The notes beneath the pieces were generated by a model that saw only the letters and a program-made list of their open reading frames with translations, did no database searches and had not been told where the DNA came from. The position numbers were made by a program, and so were the translations under genes. From assembly GCA_046331465.1 (NCBI GenBank), contig JAXLQV010000001.1, positions 2,070,472-2,134,471 on the forward strand: a stretch of 64,000 nt of DNA, given 5' to 3'. This DNA comes from Thermoanaerobaculia bacterium (GTDB taxonomy: Bacteria > Acidobacteriota > Thermoanaerobaculia > UBA5066). Positions 18,491 to 26,500 of this stretch are shown here, one piece after another. The first letter of the stretch is position 1; every line of letters starts with the position of its first letter.

Positions 18491-18939
18491 CCGATCCGGT
18501 TCCTCGGGTCGCTGAACCAGCGGGCCCAGTCGGTGGCGCTCCCGCCGGGGTCCCGCTTGTCCTCCCCTTCGGCGGCTTTCTTCTTCAGGCGCTGCGAGCC
18601 GGTCTGCCGGAACGCCGCCACGGCCTGCGTCCGGCCCCCCGCCGCGTCGACCGACTCGGCGAGGACGCGGTCGTCCGTCACGACCGTCACGCCGCGCGGC
18701 TCCCGCGCCTCCCGGAGCCGCCGGACGATCTCCTCGTCGGCGCTCCGCGGCGCGGCGTAGACGACCGTCACCGCTCCGAGCTGCTGCACCTTCGGTCGAC
18801 CGTGCTCCGGCGGCCCGTCGAAGACGACGGTCAGCTTCTTCCCCTTCGCGCGGGCGAGGTCGGCCAGCTCGCGTACGAGCGTCTCGCGGCTGATGCCCTT
18901 CTGCCCGAGGAGGTTGTTTCCGTCGATCAGGTCGGTCAC
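18487..18939 (-). CDS. NYN/YacP-like (PIN-related) predicted ribonuclease
   Basis: 150 aa. LIDGNNLLG at the N-terminus, VVFDG, SADEEIVR and VVTDDR match the YacP/Rae1-type NYN pattern. GTG start with no SD. Confidence 0.65.
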   Translation of the reverse strand: MTDLIDGNNLLGQKGISRETLVRELADLARAKGKKLTVVFDGPPEHGRPKVQQLGAVTVVYAAPRSADEEIVRRLREAREPRGVTVVTDDRVLAESVDAAGGRTQAVAAFRQTGSQRLKKKAAEGEDKRDPGGSATDWARWFSDPRNRIG

Positions 18940-18945
18940 GGGGAG

Positions 18946-18951
18946 AATTTA
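18946..18951 (-). promoter_or_regulatory. -10-like box TAAATT, 6 nt upstream of the NYN gene GTG (leaderless candidate)
   Basis: Minus strand reads TAAATT-CTCCCC-GTG. No purine-rich SD. Confidence 0.35.
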
Positions 18952-18955
18952 CGAC

Positions 18956-19132
18956 AAATGACTCGGGCCGGACTGGCGCTCCGGGGGGGCTGCCTCGCCG
19001 GGTGGCCTGAGCTTCGCGCGGCCCCCCGGACCCCCACCTCGAGTCTGAGGTCGTTCGTTGGGCCGAGGTCAGGGCGCGCGCCCCCCCGGACCCCCACACG
19101 CATCCTCTGAAGAAAATGACTCGGGCCGGACT
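18956..19132 (-). repeat. 19-nt direct repeat pair (aaatgactcgggccggact at ~18956-18974 and ~19114-19132) flanking a repeat-rich ~139-bp spacer
   Basis: Read directly from the sequence. The distal copy is the 3' strand of rnpB helix P1. The spacer holds two copies of cgcgcgNccccccggacccccac, 60 bp apart (~19016-19036 and ~19076-19096). Confidence 0.75.
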
Positions 19133-19524
19133 GTAAGCCGGATTCTGTGACCGGTCGGCTCGCGCCTTCCGGCCGACGATCATTCCTCTGGGCCCGCGCC
19201 TCTCGGCGGGGCTCGAGCAGCCAACCCGGAAACGTCGCCTCGCGGCGCGGGGGCGGGCGCCCCTTCCGTTCCCCTATTCGGCTTTGCTCCGCGTGGGGTT
19301 TGGCCTGCCGACCCCGTTGCCGGGGTTCGCGGTGCGCTCTTACCGCACCTTTTCACCCTTACCTCGGCCCCCTCTCGGGAACCGGGGCGGTACGTTTTCT
19401 GTGCCACTTTCCTTCGGGTTGCCCCGACCGGGATTTCCCCGGCACGCTGCCCGCTGGAGTCCGGACTTTCCTCCCCTCGTTCGGTCAGACCGACCGGGCG
19501 GCGATCGCCCGTCCGGCCCGAGTC
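19118..19524 (-). ncRNA. rnpB: RNase P RNA, bacterial type A
   Basis: The minus strand contains GGGGAGGAAAGUCCGGACUCC (CR-I), GGUAAGGGUGAAAAGGUGCGGUAAGAGCGCACC, GGGUUGGCUGCUCGAGC and CACAGAAUCCGGCUUACAG. The 13-bp P1 is ACUCGGGCCGGAC / GUCCGGCCCGAGU. About 405 nt. Confidence 0.93.
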
Positions 19525-19530
19525 GTGCGG

Positions 19531-19536
19531 AGGATA
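19531..19536 (-). promoter_or_regulatory. -10 box TATCCT for rnpB
   Basis: Minus-strand TATCCT lies 7-8 nt upstream of the first P1 nucleotide. It sits just after the stop of the DUF4126 gene. Confidence 0.45.
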
Positions 19537-19556
19537 CGCCCTGGGAGAGCCGCGGC

Positions 19557-20153
19557 TCAGGCCGGTTTGCGTCGACGCCGGGCGAAGAGGTTCACGCCGC
19601 GCGCGAGCTTCGGGACGCAGAGGAGAAAGATCCCCGCCACCGCGACGGCGAGGACGAGGGCGACGAGGGGAAGGAAGATCGACACGATCGCCTGGAGGAC
19701 GGCGAGGATGTCCTCCGCCAGCGAGAGCGCGAAGTTCGCGACGCCGGCCGTGAGCGCCGTCGAGGTCAGCCGGGCCGTTCCCTTCACGAGGTGCGCGGCG
19801 AGCGCCGTCACGCCCCCCCCGCCCCCGGCGAGGACGGCGAGGGACGTCCCGGAGGAGGGCGCGACGGCCGCCACCGCGAGGACGGCCCCCGCGACGGGCC
19901 GGATGACGGTGTGAATCACGTCCCAGATGTGGTCGAGGCCCGGGATCTTGTCGGCGAAGAACTCGAGCAGGTAGAGGACCAGGAGGACGAGGAGCGTCGC
20001 CGGCTCGGCGAGGAACTTCGCGATGGCCCCCGGGAAGTCCTCCGGGAAGAGGTGCGCGATGCCGCCGTAGACGAGCAGGACGGCGTAGGCGTTCAACCCC
20101 GCTCCGGCCGCGAGGCCGAGCCCCGTCCCGAAGTTCGCGACGACCTCGAGCAT
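19557..20153 (-). CDS. DUF4126-like integral membrane protein
   Basis: 198 aa, Gly/Ala/Leu-rich and polytopic. FFADKIPGLDHIWD motif as in the DUF4126 family. Confidence 0.6.
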   Translation of the reverse strand: MLEVVANFGTGLGLAAGAGLNAYAVLLVYGGIAHLFPEDFPGAIAKFLAEPATLLVLLVLYLLEFFADKIPGLDHIWDVIHTVIRPVAGAVLAVAAVAPSSGTSLAVLAGGGGGVTALAAHLVKGTARLTSTALTAGVANFALSLAEDILAVLQAIVSIFLPLVALVLAVAVAGIFLLCVPKLARGVNLFARRRRKPA

Positions 20154-20159
20154 CGAGTG

Positions 20160-20165
20160 AGGATA
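20160..20165 (-). promoter_or_regulatory. -10-like box TATCCT, 6 nt upstream of the DUF4126 gene ATG (leaderless candidate)
   Basis: Minus strand reads hairpin-TATCCT-CACTCG-ATG. Confidence 0.4.
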
Positions 20166-20181
20166 CCGCTCCGGCGAGCGG
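20166..20181 (-). terminator. short GC hairpin immediately after the J-protein stop
   Basis: ccgctc-cggc-gagcgg (6-bp stem, 4-nt loop), abutting stop 20182. No U-tract. Confidence 0.35.
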
Positions 20182-21684
20182 TCAGCGCGGCTTCGTCGCG
20201 GCGATCTCCGCGAGCGCCTTCGTCGCCTTCTTGTTCGTCGGCTCGAGCTTCAGGACCTCCTTGAGGGCCTTCACGCGCTCCGTCTCGTTCCGCTCGGCCG
20301 CGCAGGCGTCCGAAAGGGCGAGCCAGATCTCGACGCTCTCGGGGAGGCGGGCCGCGGCCCGCCGGAGCGTCTCGGTGGCCTGCCGCACCCACTTCGGGTT
20401 CCGTCCCTGCACCTTCGCGAGGAAGGTCCAGTACTCCGGCTTGTCCGGGTCGAACTCGACGGCCTGGCGGAGCATCTCGTACGCCGGGTAGTAGTCCTCC
20501 ATCTCGACGAGCGTCCGCGCCCGCTGGTAGTTCGCCTTCGCGACCTGCCTCTGGACTTCCGGGGTCGGCGCGCCGAAGGAGACCGGGGCCGACATCGTTC
20601 CGCGGTTCAGCGACCGGTCGTAGTCCTGGCGGGCGGCGCTGGAGGCGAACGCCCTGCCCGCCTCGCGGACTTTCGCGAAGAGCGCCTCGAGGGCGTCCGT
20701 CGCGTCGTTGAGCGTCGGCCGGACGACGTTGTCGGGGTGGAAGAGCCGGGCGCGCTCGTGCACCGCGCGCTGGAGCTCGGCGTCCTGCGCGTCGTCCGGC
20801 GCGCCGAGGACCTCGTACGCGGTGATCCAGTCGAGCCGGCGATAGGTGTTCCAGACGAGGCGGGAGTGCTGCTCGAGGAGCTCGGAGAGGCGCGGGCCGG
20901 GGGGGGCGCCCGCGATCTCCACGTTGAGCGACGCCGTGCCGAGGGGCGCCGCGTCGCCGTCCGTCGCGGCCTGCTTCGGCGCGATCGAGACGAACCCGAC
21001 GGACCGCAGCCTCTCGACGATCCGGAGGTCGAGGCAGACGTCCGCCGCCGTCTTCGTGCCGTCGATCGCGTCGAGCGCCTCGGCCTCTTCCGGCGTGACG
21101 ACGGCGCACTGGTAGCGGAGGAGCAGGTCGGGCGAGAGGGTGAGCCGCGCCTTGGGGTCGATCTTCGGCGCGGCGCCGACGACCGGCGGAAGCCGCCGGA
21201 GGCCCTCGAGGAGGAGCGTCGCCGTCGTCTGGTCGAACGCCCTCGGCAGCTGCGGCGGTCCGTCGAGGGGCACGACGCTGAAGGTCCCGGACGCCCACTG
21301 GAACGTCGAGTAGAGGATCTTCTCCGCGAGCGCCTTCACGCACGCGTCGGCGATGTAGGGAGGCACGGCGCCCGAGTCGCGCAGGGCGTGGGAGAGCCCG
21401 CGGCCGGGGTCGGCGAGGGCCTGCTCGAACGCCGAGAAGAGGACCGACTCGTCGGCGAGACCGAAGGCGCGGAGGAGCTCGCCGACGTGCTGCGCCTCGC
21501 GGTTCGACGAGGCCGAGACGAGCCGTCCCCGGTCGAACCAGAAGCTGCGCTCCTCCCCCCGCAGCGTCACGAGGACCTGCGCGTTCCCGCGCGAGGTGTA
21601 GGCCGACCGGAGGACGTCGGCGAGCTCGGTCTTCTCGAGCGTTCCCCCCGTCAGGGAGCCGCCTCCCGGTTTCAACGTGTCCAT
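20182..21684 (-). CDS. DUF4388 (PATAN-like) / J-domain / TPR protein
   Basis: 500 aa. N-terminal L.G.L....L.DVL......G.L.... pattern of DUF4388. J domain with AYEVLG ... LFHPDN (HPD). C-terminal TPR-like helices (YYPAYEMLRQAVEFDPDKPEYW). Confidence 0.7.
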   Translation of the reverse strand: MDTLKPGGGSLTGGTLEKTELADVLRSAYTSRGNAQVLVTLRGEERSFWFDRGRLVSASSNREAQHVGELLRAFGLADESVLFSAFEQALADPGRGLSHALRDSGAVPPYIADACVKALAEKILYSTFQWASGTFSVVPLDGPPQLPRAFDQTTATLLLEGLRRLPPVVGAAPKIDPKARLTLSPDLLLRYQCAVVTPEEAEALDAIDGTKTAADVCLDLRIVERLRSVGFVSIAPKQAATDGDAAPLGTASLNVEIAGAPPGPRLSELLEQHSRLVWNTYRRLDWITAYEVLGAPDDAQDAELQRAVHERARLFHPDNVVRPTLNDATDALEALFAKVREAGRAFASSAARQDYDRSLNRGTMSAPVSFGAPTPEVQRQVAKANYQRARTLVEMEDYYPAYEMLRQAVEFDPDKPEYWTFLAKVQGRNPKWVRQATETLRRAAARLPESVEIWLALSDACAAERNETERVKALKEVLKLEPTNKKATKALAEIAATKPR

Positions 21685-21693
21685 GATCCGGGG

Positions 21694-21699
21694 ATTCTA
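21694..21699 (-). promoter_or_regulatory. -10 box TAGAAT, 9 nt upstream of the J-protein ATG (leaderless candidate)
   Basis: Minus strand reads GGTAGAAT-CCCCGGATC-ATG. Overlaps the uvrC 3' end. Confidence 0.45.
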
Positions 21700-23505
21700 C
21701 CGGCCCGTGTCTTCCCGGGAAGCCTTCCACCTCCCGACACGGGCGGCAATCGTCTTGCCGGCGGCCGCCGCGAGCGCTTCCGGCGTCGCCGCGAGGACCC
21801 CCTCCTCGTTGCCGAATACCGAGAGGAGCCGCCGGACGCTCGTCGGTCCGAGGCCCGGGACGGCCGCGAGCGGGCTCTCCAGCGTCCGGCGCGAACGGGC
21901 CTTCCGGTGGTGCCGGAGGCCGAAGCGGTGCGCCTCGTCCCGGGCGCGCTGGAGGAGCTTGAGACCGGCGTGACGCCTCGGGAGGACGATCGGGAGCGAC
22001 CGGCCGGGGACGAAGAGCTCCTCCTCCCGCTTCGCGAGCCCCACCGCCGGCAGCTCGACGCCGATCCGGTCGAGCGCCCCGAGGGCGGCCGAGAGCTGTC
22101 CCTTGCCGCCGTCGATGACGAGGAGGTCGGGGAACGCCTCCCCCTCCGCGCGACGCCGCTCGTAACGGCGCGTGACCGCCTCCGCGATCGAGGCGAAGTC
22201 GTCCGGCACGGGCCGGTCGATCCGGAACGCGCGGTACTCCCCCTTCGCCGGCCGCCCGTCGACGAAGACGACGCACGAGGCGTACGTCTCGCTCCCCTGC
22301 AGGTGCGAGATGTCGAAGCACTCGATCCGGGAGGGCCGGTGGTCGAGGTCGAGCGCCTTCGCGAGCGCGAGCGTCGCCTTCTCCCCGGCCTCGCGGACGG
22401 TCCGGAAGCGCCGGACGTGGCTCGTCCGCGCGTTGTCGCGCGCGATCCGCACCCGCTCGAACGCCGCCCCCCTCTTCGGGGTCCGCACGGCGACCTTCGA
22501 CCCGCGCCGCTCCGAGAGCCACTCCTCGATCGGCGCGAGCGCCTCCTCCGGCACCTCGTCGGGGAGGTGGACCTCCTTCGGGAGGAACGTCGTCGCGTCG
22601 TAGTACTGCGGGAGGAGGGCGACCCAGAACTCGTCCGGCTCGACGTCGCCGATCCCTTCCCAGAAGAACTCCCGCGTGTCGAGGACGGCGCCGCCCCTCA
22701 CGTGGAGGACCGAGACGGCGAGGTTCCCGCCGTCGGCGAAGTCGCCGAAGACGTCGACGTCCTCGCCGGCCAGCGACTGGACCCGCTGCTTCTGGGCGAG
22801 CTCCTCGACCGTCCGGAGGCAGTCGCGGTACGCGGCCGCCATCTCGAACCCCTCCGCCTCCGCTGCCGCCTCCATCTTCGCGCGGAGGCGCGGCGCGAGC
22901 TCCTCGTTCCGGCCCGAGAGGAAGAGGAGGACGTCGCGCACCGCGTCGTCGTAGGCGCCCTTCGTCGTCAGCGACGCGACGCACGGCCCGAGGCAGGCGT
23001 GCATGTCGTAGTAGAGGCAGGGGCGCGGGAGCTTCCCGTCGATCTCGATCCGGCACGTCCGGATCTGGAACATCCGCTGGACCATCTTCATGGCCCCGCG
23101 GCAGGTGCGCGCCGGGAGGAACGGCCCGAAGTAGCTGTGGCCGTCCTTCAGGACCCGCCGCGTCACGTGCGCTCGCGGCCACTCCTCCCCCGTCGTCACC
23201 TTGATGTACGGGTAGGTCTTGTCGTCCCGGAGGAGGATGTTGTACCGGGGCCTGTGCTTCTTGATGAACGCGTTCTCGAGGGCGAGCGCCTCGCTCTCGG
23301 TGTTCGCGACGACGGTGTCGATCGTCTCGAACTCGGCGAGGAGCGCCTCCGTCTTCGGGTGCTTCGGCCCCGCGGCGAAGTAGGAGGCGAGCCGCTTGCG
23401 GATCGAGCGCGCCTTCCCGACGTAGAGGATCTTCCCCTTCGCGTCCCGGTAGAGGTAGATCCCCGGCTGGTCGGGGTAGGCGGAGAGGTCGGGAGGGGAC
23501 CCCAC
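21697..23505 (-). CDS. uvrC: excinuclease ABC subunit C
   Basis: 602 aa from GTG 23505 (residue 104 of track ORF 21697..23814). GIY-YIG PGIYLYRDAKGKILYVGKA, UvrB-interaction and RNase H-like endonuclease regions, C-terminal HhH (LAAVPGLGPTSVRRLL). Confidence 0.92.
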   Translation of the reverse strand: MGSPPDLSAYPDQPGIYLYRDAKGKILYVGKARSIRKRLASYFAAGPKHPKTEALLAEFETIDTVVANTESEALALENAFIKKHRPRYNILLRDDKTYPYIKVTTGEEWPRAHVTRRVLKDGHSYFGPFLPARTCRGAMKMVQRMFQIRTCRIEIDGKLPRPCLYYDMHACLGPCVASLTTKGAYDDAVRDVLLFLSGRNEELAPRLRAKMEAAAEAEGFEMAAAYRDCLRTVEELAQKQRVQSLAGEDVDVFGDFADGGNLAVSVLHVRGGAVLDTREFFWEGIGDVEPDEFWVALLPQYYDATTFLPKEVHLPDEVPEEALAPIEEWLSERRGSKVAVRTPKRGAAFERVRIARDNARTSHVRRFRTVREAGEKATLALAKALDLDHRPSRIECFDISHLQGSETYASCVVFVDGRPAKGEYRAFRIDRPVPDDFASIAEAVTRRYERRRAEGEAFPDLLVIDGGKGQLSAALGALDRIGVELPAVGLAKREEELFVPGRSLPIVLPRRHAGLKLLQRARDEAHRFGLRHHRKARSRRTLESPLAAVPGLGPTSVRRLLSVFGNEEGVLAATPEALAAAAGKTIAARVGRWKASREDTGR

Positions 23506-23512
23506 GGGGGGG

Positions 23513-23518
23513 ATTCTA
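23513..23518 (-). promoter_or_regulatory. -10 box TAGAAT, 7 nt upstream of the uvrC GTG (leaderless candidate)
   Basis: Minus strand reads TAGAAT-CCCCCCC-GTG. Confidence 0.45.
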
Positions 23519-23525
23519 GAGAGAG

Positions 23526-23557
23526 CCCGGGCGGGCGCCCGAAGGCGCCCGCCCGGG
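23526..23557 (-). terminator. perfect 14-bp GC hairpin downstream of the S8 protease gene
   Basis: cccgggcgggcgcc-cgaa-ggcgcccgcccggg, 14 nt after stop 23571. Followed on the minus strand by CTCTCTAGAAT. Intrinsic-terminator-like but without a clean U-tract. Confidence 0.55.
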
Positions 23558-23570
23558 CGGGAAGACGAGG

Positions 23571-26500
23571 TCAGCCGACCCGCGAGCGGATGAAGAAGAC
23601 CGCGCCGAGGGCGGTCAGGAGGCCGAGGAGGGCGAGTCCGAGCGTCGATGCGGCAGGGATCGCCGCCTCGGCGCTCGCCTGGAATGCCGTCGGGTCGGTC
23701 GCGCCACCGACGGCCGGGTCGTCCGTCAGGGCGGACGACTCGTTCGTGCCGTTCCCGTCGGCGTCGAAGTACACCGTGCCCTGGTTCGAGATCGTGGCGC
23801 CGCCCGCGTTCCACGCGATGCGCGCCGTGATCGTGATCGTGACCGACCCGCCGGCCGCGATCGACCCGTTCCAGTGGACCGTGTTCGTCGCCGTGTCGGC
23901 GACCGCGGTCCCGCCGGAGGCGGTGGCCCCCAGGAGCTGGAGCGTCGCCGGGAGGACGTCGGTGAACTCGTCGCCGGGGTTGTCCATCTGGACGAAGGTG
24001 CCCGTGTTCGGGATGACGATCGTGTAGGTGACGACCGCGCCGGGGAAGCGCGACCCGGAGACCGACTTGGTGACGCCGGCGACGACCGCCGGGGAGAGGA
24101 CCGTCACGCTCGCGGAGGCAGTGTTGTTCGCGGAGTTCGGGTCAGAGGTGGTCGAGCCGGCGGTTGCGTTGTTCGTCAGGACCCCTGCCATGCTCGGCGC
24201 GACGACCGAGAAGGTCAGCGTCGCGGATCCTCCAGAAGGTAGGCTCGCGAAGCTCCAGACCCCGGTCGCCGTGTTGAAAGTTCCCTGGCTCACCGTGAAC
24301 GACGACGGGGCAAGGGCGGGGATTGCCGGGAACGCCTCCTGGACGTTGACGGAGTAGGCCGGATCGGTCCCGGAGTTCCGCGCGGTGACGGTGAAGGTGG
24401 CCGTTCCGCCTACGAGCACGGTGGGGGCCCCGACTGACATGGCGAGCGACACGTCGGCGGAACGCGGCGCGAGAACGCTGACGCTGGCGACGTTGTTCGC
24501 CGGGTTCGTGTCGAGCGGCGTCGACGCCGTGAGCTGCGCGACGTTCAGGACCTGGCCGGTCGCGTCCACGGTGGCGACGATGTGGAGAGTCGCGGTGGCG
24601 CTCGCGGCGATCGAACCGACGGTCCAGATCCCGGTGGCCGCGCTGAACGCCCCCGCACCGTCGTCCGAGACGTAGGTCAGGCCGACAGGCAGCACGTCGG
24701 CGACCTGCACGCCGGTGGCGGCAGCGGGGCCGTTGTTGGTCACGATGATCGTGAAGGTCGCGTTCTGGCCGACCGTCGGCACCGCCGGGTTGACGGACAT
24801 CGCCACGGCGAGGTCTGTCGACTGGGCCGTGTCGAGCACGACGACCTCGGCCTGCTGGTCGCCGACGTTGTGGTGATGGAGGAGGAGCGCGCCGAGCGAC
24901 CCGTTCGTCGTCATGTTCGCCGTGTTCCACGTCACCGGGAGCGACGCACCGTTGAGGTCCTGGGCGAGGTTCGTTCCGCCGAAGTTCAGGCCCTGCGCGG
25001 CGTAGTTGTAGAAGAACGGCCCGTTCACCTGGTCGTAGGCGAACCCGTTGAGAGCGAGGCAGAGCGGCGCCGACCCGGGACACGAGACGATTTTCCAGCG
25101 GAAGGTGGTGTCACCCGCGGTGAGGCCGAGCGACGCGGGCGTCGCCGCGAGGAACATCACGTGGCTGTCGAAGAGCCGGCTGTCGATACCGGCCGCGCTC
25201 ACGCGGTTCACGTACTGCTGCGTGCCGACCCCGCTGGTCGAGAGGTTGAAGTACGCGGACAGGAACGAGTCCTGTCCCGTCGCCGCGCTGTTCCCGAAGA
25301 GAGCGCTTCCCATCGTTCCCGGGTTCGAGTTGAAGAGGACCCGGTCCCAGGTGCCGTCCTCGTTCGTGTCGATGTAGATGTTGAAAGCGACGTCCGTCGG
25401 AGAGGACCAGTTGGCCCAGGTCGAGACTCCGAACATGACGAGGTTGCTCGCCGTGCTGTAGGCCACGCCCGCGTACTGGATGTCGGCGTACGGCGGCGCG
25501 ACGGTGTCATCCAGCGGGGAGACCGCCTGCAGCTCGAAAGGCGTCACCAGGGAGACCTCGTCGTTCGGGAACGTCCCCGAGCAGGCCGGGCCAGCCCCGA
25601 GCGTCCCGGTGCAGACGTCGGTGCCGGAAAGGGGGATCGTCGTCGACCCAGAAGCCGCCCCGCCCGTCACGATTGCCGCGGGCGCGGTCATCGCCGAGGC
25701 GGGGTGGCTCGGCATGTAGACGGGCACGCGCATCTTCGGCGAGCCGCCCTGGCTCAGGACCACGTAGCCCGCCTCCGCCGTCAGCCAGTGACGGGAGAGG
25801 TTTCCGAGAGAGGTCAGCGGCGACGGCGCCGCCTGCGTCGGCGGCTGGGACGGGTCGCGCGGGTGGGTCATCTGGTTCCCCGTCGCGCTCATCTGGACGT
25901 CGAATTCGACGGAACCGCCCGCCGGAACGGTCACGCTGCTTCCGCCCGGGAGCGAGAACGCCACGCCGGGCGCGTCGTTGAGGACCTGGACGGAGAGGGA
26001 GTACGTTTGGGCCGTCGCTCCCTTGTTCACGACGCGAATCCTCTTCACCTGCGTCGCGGTCCCGACGACGTCGGCGTCGAACGAGACGCTCACGAGGCCC
26101 TGCTCGTCGCTGCCGAGCGCGAAGCCGGGCGCCTGGGCGGACAGGACGGGGTCCTCGCGACCGGCGCCGACACGCTCCGGACCGTACTTGACACCTCCGC
26201 CGTTGGCGCCGAGGGTCACGTCGTGGAGGGCGCCGTTCATCATCAGCGCCTTGATCTCCTCGGGCGACCAGTCGGGGTGGAGCTGCTTCAGGAGAGCGGC
26301 CGTCCCCGCGGCGTGCGGGGCCGCCATCGACGTGCCGGAGATGGTCAGCGTCTGCCCACCCGGGATGAATCCGGACGCGTTCGGCGTCATGCAGCTCCCG
26401 GCCGTACAGGTGACACCCGTCTGGGCCGACGTGATGTTCAGCCCGGGAGCGGCGAGGTCCGGCTTGAGCCGGATGGCGGTCCGGCCGAGGCGCGGCCCGC

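Noticed and set aside
18487-18939. NYN/PIN-like protein as a toxin of a toxin-antitoxin pair or defence gene
   Set aside because: There is no small partner ORF. The YacP-like motif set and the housekeeping context fit an RNA-processing role better.
19016-19096. Possible CRISPR or tandem-repeat array (cgcgcgNccccccggacccccac repeated)
   Set aside because: There are only two copies, 60 bp apart. No third unit, no cas genes, and no regular repeat-spacer structure anywhere in the window.
18975-19113. Miniature transposable element (MITE) between the 19-nt direct repeats
   Set aside because: I could not find terminal inverted repeats, and no transposase is nearby. It is kept only as one of several hypotheses in the findings and is not annotated as a mobile element.
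20093-23182. Very long ORFs (e.g. the 1029-aa ORF 20093..23182, 5955..8510, 20737..24027, 24582..27401, 27405..29954, 34251..37766, 43385..45457, 47903..50317, 51260..53761, 51871..54381) that overlap recognised genes in other frames or on the other strand
   Set aside because: Their translations are monotonous Arg/Pro/Gly/Ala/Asp strings with no recognisable motifs. This is the expected shadow-ORF artefact of a ~70% GC genome, where stop codons are rare in off-frames. Each is fully explained by a motif-bearing gene in another frame.
23571-23660. PEP-CTERM sorting signal at the end of the S8 protease
   Set aside because: There is no Pro-Glu-Pro motif. The tail begins IPAAS, so at most it is IPTL-CTERM-like. 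This needs an HMM check and is reported as tentative.
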